Positions 58,153-64,000 of a DNA stretch of 64,000 nucleotides are shown in pieces. The position numbers were made by a program, and so were the translations under genes. The notes under the pieces are model-generated. The model was not told the DNA's origin, did no database searches, and saw only the letters and a program-made list of their open reading frames with translations. The stretch is from Phyllobates terribilis. Its lineage: Eukaryota. The stretch spans positions 839,108,001 through 839,172,000 of the forward strand of contig NW_027362762.1 of NCBI RefSeq assembly GCF_046119375.1, given 5' to 3'. How positions within the stretch are numbered: position 1 is the first letter of the stretch; each line of letters starts with the position of its first letter.

Positions 58153-61100
58153 CCACGGTTGGCAAGTTGGAACTGTGAGATTCACTACGTGCACCACTGG
58201 TATTTTGTGGAAAAGCACATGTAAGATTCTGCAACAGTCTCTGCTGATACTCCTGCATGCGTGCATCCCTTTCTATGGCAGGAATAATTTCTGCAAATTT
58301 ACTTTTGTACCGGGGATCTAACAGTGTGGCAACCCAGTAGTCAGGATTATTTCTAATTCTCACAATTCGAGGGTCATGTTGCAGGTAGTGCAGCAAGAAG
58401 GCACTCATGTGTGTTGCGCATCCAGGAGCACCAAGTCCCTGTTGTGTTGGTGGCGAGGTAACAATCTTGCTTCCTTCCTCTGTCCTCTCCCCCCAACCTC
58501 GCACAACAGAAATGTGATCAAGGTCTCCCTCATCTGATGAGTCTTCCATCAGTTCGTCCTCCACTTCTTCCTGGGCTCCTGCACCTTCCTCACTAGTTTG
58601 GCTGCTACCATGCGCCCTGGTAAAATCATCTCCCCCACCCTCACATGCCTGCCGCCCTGGTGCTGCCGACCGTCTGGACCTTGCAGATGTTAGCCCTTCC
58701 GCATACAACTCCTCCTCCTCTACTTCCTCCACCTCCTCTTGTGCCACCACCTGACTCCGAATTCTGTTTAACATGTGCTCCAGCATGTAAATCACCGGAA
58801 TAGTCATGCTGATAATGGCATCGTCAGCACTAAACATCTTCGCCGCCATTTCAAAACTGTGCAGAAGGGTGCATAGGTCCCTGATCTGAGACCACTCCTC
58901 CAGCGTGATTTGCCCCACCTCTGAATCTCGTTGGCCCAGGCTATACGTCAGAACGTATTGCACCAGGGCTTGTCGGTGCTGCCACAGTCGCTGCAACATG
59001 TGCAGAGTTGAATTCCACCGGGTAGGCACATCGCATTTTAGCCGGTGAAGTGGCAGGCCCAACGACTTCTGTAGAGATGTAAGTCGCTGAGCTGCGGGAT
59101 GCGAACGGCGGAAGTGAGCACACAGCGACCGTGCCCTCTGCAGAAGGCCATCTAGTCTGGGATAGTGGGCTAAAAATTGCTGGACAACCAGGTTCAACAC
59201 GTGAGCCATACAAGGCACGTGTGTGACATTGCCCCGGCGAAGGGCCGCACCCAGGTTTGCAGCATTGTCGCACACGGCCTTCCCTGGTTTCAGGTCCAGT
59301 AGAGACAACCATTCATGAAATTGGTTCTCCAGAGCTGACCACAACTCCTCAGCTGTGTGACTCACATTTCCCAGACATTTCAATGTAAAAACCGCCTGAT
59401 GACGTTGAGCCCTACTGCCAGCATAGTAAGGAGGTGTGCAGGATCCCTTCTGCGCAGTTAGAAAGCTTGTGGCATGACCAGACAGGCTTTGGGTGCAGGT
59501 GGAAGACCGAGAGGAGGTTGAGGAGGCAGAAGCAGTGGAGGAAAAATGACATAAAGAGGATTGACGCACAACTCGTGGGGACGGCAAGACTTGGACAGCA
59601 GCCCCTTGTCCTGCTGTCACCATAGTTACCCAGTGCCTAGTCAGCGACATGTAACGCCCCTGTCCATGCCTACTCGTCCAAGTGTCTGTGGTGAAATGCA
59701 CCCTGTCACACACAGAGTTTCTCAAAGAAGCGGTGATGTTGTGTGCGACATGCTGGTGGAGCGCAGGCACACCTTTCTTTGAGAAGTAGTGCCGACTGGG
59801 CATCTGGTACTGGGGCACTGCGACGGACATAAGGTCTCGAAAATCCTCTGTGTCCACCAGGCGGAAAGGCAGCATTTCTGTAGCCAAGAGCTTGCAGATG
59901 GTGAAATTCAACCTCTTAGCTTTCTCATGGCTAGGAGGAAATGGTCTTTTACTTGTCCACATCTGAGGGACCGAGGGCTGGCTATTGTGCTTAGACGGGG
60001 TTGATAAGGGTGTCCCCGGCAAACTGCCGGTCTGTGAGGAAGATGCAGGCGGACATGTTAGGTTGCCTTGATCCAAAGGTGGTGCTATCGATGTCGGACA
60101 GCGCTCAAGACCAGCTGGTGTTACCACCTCCAAAGAAAATGATGACCTGCCAATCACGCTGGCTGTTGCGGGTAAAGAGGTGGCAGGTCTGCGCCCCAAA
60201 ACAGGTGTGACTGCTGTCCCCCCAGTCACAGAGGATGAAGAGGCCGCGGATGCACAAGATATGGCAGACGGTGGTTGGCCCGGCCGGCTAGACCGCATTG
60301 TAGCACACTGAGCTTCCCACTGCAACTTATGCTTCATGTCCATGTGCCGGTTCATGCATGAAGTACTCAAACTATGTATTTTTTGGCCTCTACTTAGCTT
60401 TTGCTGACAAATGTTACAGATAACACGAGTTGGGTCATCTTTATCGATCTGAAAAAATGCCCAGGCTATGCAAGGCTTAGCACCCATGCGACCTGAAGAG
60501 CCACCACGACTTGTGGTGAGAGGCAGAGTTGTGTTTGAGGATGCAGTTGTTGACGTGCTTCCAGTACTACGTCTCTGTCCAGGAAGGCGCAACCTGACCT
60601 CGTCGTCACTAGCATCTTCCTCCACCTCCTTTGCTGACCTCATCTCTTGGCTGACTGTGGGTTGACAGTAAGTGGGATCTCCGACCTCATCATCATCACC
60701 CTGTGCGTTATCACACCCGTCGTCCTCAGAGCCAACCTGTTCCTGCCCTGACAAAAAACTAAAGTTGTCGCTCCAATCAGGTATTTGAGTCTTATCATCG
60801 TCTTCCTCATTGTCTCCACCAACAGGAGTTACAGTTTGGGAATGAGGGTCTACATTATGGTCAGAACCTTCTGCGTCTGGTCCTGGATCCGACTCATAAA
60901 GATTCTGGGCATCAGTGCAGATCATTTCCTCGTCTGGATTCACAGAAGCGCTGGAGTCGACCTCTGATTCCCAGGCTATAGTATGAGTAAACAGCTCTGC
61001 AGACTCAACCATCTGTTCTACCTCATACTCAGACGGGCAGCTGGAGATTTGGGAGCTGTGAGGAAGCAAGTGCGATTTGGGTGACACCTTTGAGGACTGG

Positions 61101-61381
61101 AGTATTTGTGATGTTGAAGTTGATGTGGAGGAGAGCCCACTTAAAGGAGCACTTGATATCCGTTGAAGCACCTGCTGTTTTTGTGCCTCATCTGGAATTT
61201 GTAGCGATTGGCGTGGCCGTAAGAAAGGGATCTTATCACATTGTCCGCTAAAAGAAGTAGACATTTTAGTTTGGCTGGAAGATGGTCTTTCTTCTGCACC
61301 TACCCCACGGACACAACCTTTTTTCCCCTTCCCAACACGCCTATTCCCCTTTCCACCAGCAGCAGGCCTTTTTCCACTCAT
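58106..61381 (-). CDS. hAT transposase, stop-free for 1091 aa but lacking the C-terminus (catalytic Glu SERVFS and dimerisation region)
   Basis: Matches copy 1 up to ..SNLPTV, then reads into the antisense L1 fragment. Confidence 0.93.
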   Translation of the reverse strand: MSGKRPAAGGKGNRRVGKGKKGCVRGVGAEERPSSSQTKMSTSFSGQCDKIPFLRPRQSLQIPDEAQKQQVLQRISSAPLSGLSSTSTSTSQILQSSKVSPKSHLLPHSSQISSCPSEYEVEQMVESAELFTHTIAWESEVDSSASVNPDEEMICTDAQNLYESDPGPDAEGSDHNVDPHSQTVTPVGGDNEEDDDKTQIPDWSDNFSFLSGQEQVGSEDDGCDNAQGDDDEVGDPTYCQPTVSQEMRSAKEVEEDASDDEVRLRLPGQRRSTGSTSTTASSNTTLPLTTSRGGSSGRMGAKPCIAWAFFQIDKDDPTRVICNICQQKLSRGQKIHSLSTSCMNRHMDMKHKLQWEAQCATMRSSRPGQPPSAISCASAASSSSVTGGTAVTPVLGRRPATSLPATASVIGRSSFSLEVVTPAGLERCPTSIAPPLDQGNLTCPPASSSQTGSLPGTPLSTPSKHNSQPSVPQMWTSKRPFPPSHEKAKRLNFTICKLLATEMLPFRLVDTEDFRDLMSVAVPQYQMPSRHYFSKKGVPALHQHVAHNITASLRNSVCDRVHFTTDTWTSRHGQGRYMSLTRHWVTMVTAGQGAAVQVLPSPRVVRQSSLCHFSSTASASSTSSRSSTCTQSLSGHATSFLTAQKGSCTPPYYAGSRAQRHQAVFTLKCLGNVSHTAEELWSALENQFHEWLSLLDLKPGKAVCDNAANLGAALRRGNVTHVPCMAHVLNLVVQQFLAHYPRLDGLLQRARSLCAHFRRSHPAAQRLTSLQKSLGLPLHRLKCDVPTRWNSTLHMLQRLWQHRQALVQYVLTYSLGQRDSEVGQITLEEWSQIRDLCTLLHSFEMAAKMFSADDAIISMTIPVIYMLEHMLNRIRSQVVAQEEVEEVEEEELYAEGLTSARSRRSAAPGRQACEGGGDDFTRAHGSSQTSEEGAGAQEEVEDELMEDSSDEGDLDHISVVRGWGERTEEGSKIVTSPPTQQGLGAPGCATHMSAFLLHYLQHDPRIVRIRNNPDYWVATLLDPRYKSKFAEIIPAIERDARMQEYQQRLLQNLTCAFPQNTSGARSESHSSNLPTVVCMELFNKGPKIKIT

Positions 61382-61497
61382 TTTGGTGGTTAACTAATTC
61401 ACAACTCTGGAGTTGTTTGCACAAAAAAACAATGGATGGTAACCGAGCAGAGCTGAGTGGCCAAACTGTGGTATTAGGCCAAAACTATTGGCTGGGT

Positions 61498-62444
61498 TAG
61501 ATGCAGAAAAAAATTATTTTTAATTTGCAACCTGATGGAGGTCAGTATAGATGGACTAATAGACCAAGTCCCACACACCGCTAGAAGCCCAAATATTTTT
61601 TCAGAGCCAGATGCAGAAAATTTTTTTATTCAATTTGCAACCTGATGGAGGTCAGTATAGATGGACTAATAGACCAAGTCCCACACACTGCTAGAATCCC
61701 AAATATTTTTTCAGAGCTAGATGCAGAAAAAAATTATTTTTAATTTGCAACCTGATGGAGGTCAGTATAGATGGACTAATAGACCAAGTCCCACACACTG
61801 CTAGAAGCCCAAATATTTTTTCAGAGCTAGATGCAGAAAAAAATTATTTTTAATTTGCAACCTGATGGAGGTCAGTATAGATGGACTAATAGAACAAGTC
61901 CCACACGCTGCTAGAAGCCCAAATATTTTTTCAGAGATAAATGAAGAAAAAAATTATTTTTAATTTGCAACCTGATGGAGGTCAGTATAGATGGACTAAT
62001 AGACCAAGTCCCACACACTGCTAGAAGCCCAAATATTTTTTCAGAGCTAGATGCAGAAAAAAATTATTTTTAATTTGCAACCTGATGGAGGTCAGTATAG
62101 ATGGACTAATAGACCAAGTCCCACACACCACTAGAAGCCCAAATATTTTTTCAGAGCTAGATGCAGAAAAAAATTATATTCAATTTGCAACCTGCTGGAG
62201 GTCAGTATAGAAGGACTAATAGAACAAGTCCCACACACTGCTAGAAGCCCAAATATTTTTTCAGAGCTAAATGAAGAAAAAAATTATTTTTAATTTGCAA
62301 CCTGATGGAGGTCAGTATAGATGGACTAATAGACCAAGTCCCACACACTGCTAGAAGCCCAAATATTTTTTCAGAGCTAGATGCAGAAAAAAATTATATT
62401 CAGTTTGCAACCTGATGGAGGTCAGTATAGATGGACTAATAGAA
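61498..62444 (+). repeat. Tandem array of ~110-bp monomers (~8.6 units, 947 bp) inside hAT copy 2
   Basis: Same monomer and the same flanks as 26546-35670. Confidence 0.95.
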
Positions 62445-64000
62445 TGATGCTATGCCCAAAAGATTTTACTTCACTAGGTGCAGTAAAAAAATTGGTATTC
62501 TATACACAGGTGGTATATCTTGCAACACAGATAGGCTACTCCACTGACTAACACACTCTGCAATAGGCCAAAAAGGATTAGCTTTGCTAGATTCAGCCAA
62601 ATGCTGTGAAAAAAACTTGCACAGCACTGGCACAGACCTGCCTGGCAAAAACTGATAGGAACTGATGTAACCTAGTCCTGAAAAGGACTCCAATTACAAT
62701 TAGTCTTTACTCCCACAATCTATCTATTTAAGAGCACAGACCTGCCTGATAAAAGTCGTAGGAAATGCTGTAACCTAGTCCTTAAAAGGACTGCAATCAC
62801 AACTATTCCCTACTCCCAAGCTATCTGTATATTTGTGCGAAAATTGGCTTGAAATTAACAAGGTATAGCGCACACAGCAACAGCGGTGCCGTCTAACACG
62901 CAGCTGCAGCAGTGAGAAAATGGTGGCGACGGGGAAAATGGCTTGGTCTTATAGGGCAAGGACATGTGACATACACTGCCAATCACACATGCCCTTGCTT
63001 GTGTGAAAAAAAGCACTTCGCTCCGTGTGTGCGCTGCTGATAGGCTGACAGATTGCACCTCCCCACTGCAAATGCGGGAAAGAGAAAAAAAAATGGAGAT
63101 CTTCATTGTTCCTGCAGAGATCCATCCCCTGCCCCTCCCCCCGCCCCGCTGTACACTCAAACTGCGTATTAACATTAATTTTCATCATTACTGAGAAAAA
63201 ATCCAGTTATGATTTTGGTGCACGAACAGTTATCGAACATAACCTCGAACAGCCGAATTTTTCTCAAATTGTTCGTGTTCGCCGACCGGCTCGAACACCG
63301 CCCAAAACAGCTCGAATTTGAGATTGGCGAACAGTTCGAGTAGAACAACGCTAATCTCTAGTGGGGAGTGGATGTAATGCTGTGCCCTGTTGCTGTTGGG
63401 GTTGAGGTCATGTCTATTGAGGAGGACGTAGAAAATGTGTAGGAGAAGGTTCAATATCTCCTTCCTGAGTGTGAAACCAGATAGAGTAACTAACCACAGA
63501 GGCTTCACCACCTGTCCTGGCTGACATTGTTTATTGCTGGTGCTTAAAACATTCATATAGTGAGCTGCAAAAGACATTTTCTGTCCCTTTCCATAGTTGC
63601 TGCACCACGTATCTGTGGGGCAGAGCACTTTCAAGTTCAATGCTAAGTCAAGAGAGAGGTTCATGTTCTCTTCCACATGAGAGCACAAAGTAAGCACCCC
63701 CTTCTGAAGAAGTAATGGTGGCTGCGTATCTTCCAGCAAGGGTGAGCACTAGCCATAATTCCTCAGAAGGCAGCGGAGTCCATTAATTAGTATGTCAGTG
63801 ACTACACCACAAGCAACTTGATCAGGTGGGATTCATGGCACACAAGCTGATGACTGGAAGGGTGCTTCTGTTTCATCAACACACAATTAGGTATGGCTAT
63901 CTGATAGTGGGAAGGAGGAGTAGTTGGAGAAAGACAAGCAGTAGTTATGTATGATAATGACACCAAGTAGATACTACTTGAAAATATGGCCTGCATACCA

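Larger units (their letters stand above)
55449..63360 (-). mobile_element. Composite hAT DNA transposon, copy 2 (7,912 bp)
   Basis: 8-bp TSD GTGGGGAG at 55441-55448 and 63361-63368. Both arms are nearly identical to copy 1. Confidence 0.95.
54700..64000 (-). pseudogene. Highly decayed hAT transposase (~54700-55448 and 63361 to at least 63800) that received hAT copy 2
   Basis: Right flank translates LCSHVEENMNLSL..TDTWCSNYGKGQKMSFAAHYMNV (compare TDTWTSRHGQGRYMSLT.HWV). Left flank has weaker GFPL..DVPAH and LLMLEK matches. Boundaries are approximate. Confidence 0.6.

Overview
Vertebrate, most likely frog, genomic DNA. It is almost entirely transposable elements, many of them nested, and no host gene can be confidently identified. 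The main feature is two copies of one composite hAT DNA transposon, each bounded by its own perfect 8-bp target-site duplication (TSD): 18143-36587 (18.4 kb) and 55449-63360 (7.9 kb). Besides a ~1230-aa BED-finger hAT transposase on the minus strand, both copies carry the same cargo: a ~270-bp 18S rRNA fragment, an L1 RT fragment split by a Gypsy solo LTR, and an internal ~110-bp tandem array upstream of the transposase. The array has ~8.6 units in copy 2 and ~82 units in copy 1, where it has developed a 2987-bp higher-order repeat. Copy 1 sits inside the integrase of a class I endogenous retrovirus that is also interrupted by a CR1 LINE. The window also holds an intact, very young Ty3/Gypsy element (45873-53695), Tc1 elements, hAT and TTAA-type MITEs, a SINE, older hAT relics and a 640-bp palindrome. 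Counts and identities were made by eye, without alignment or database searches.
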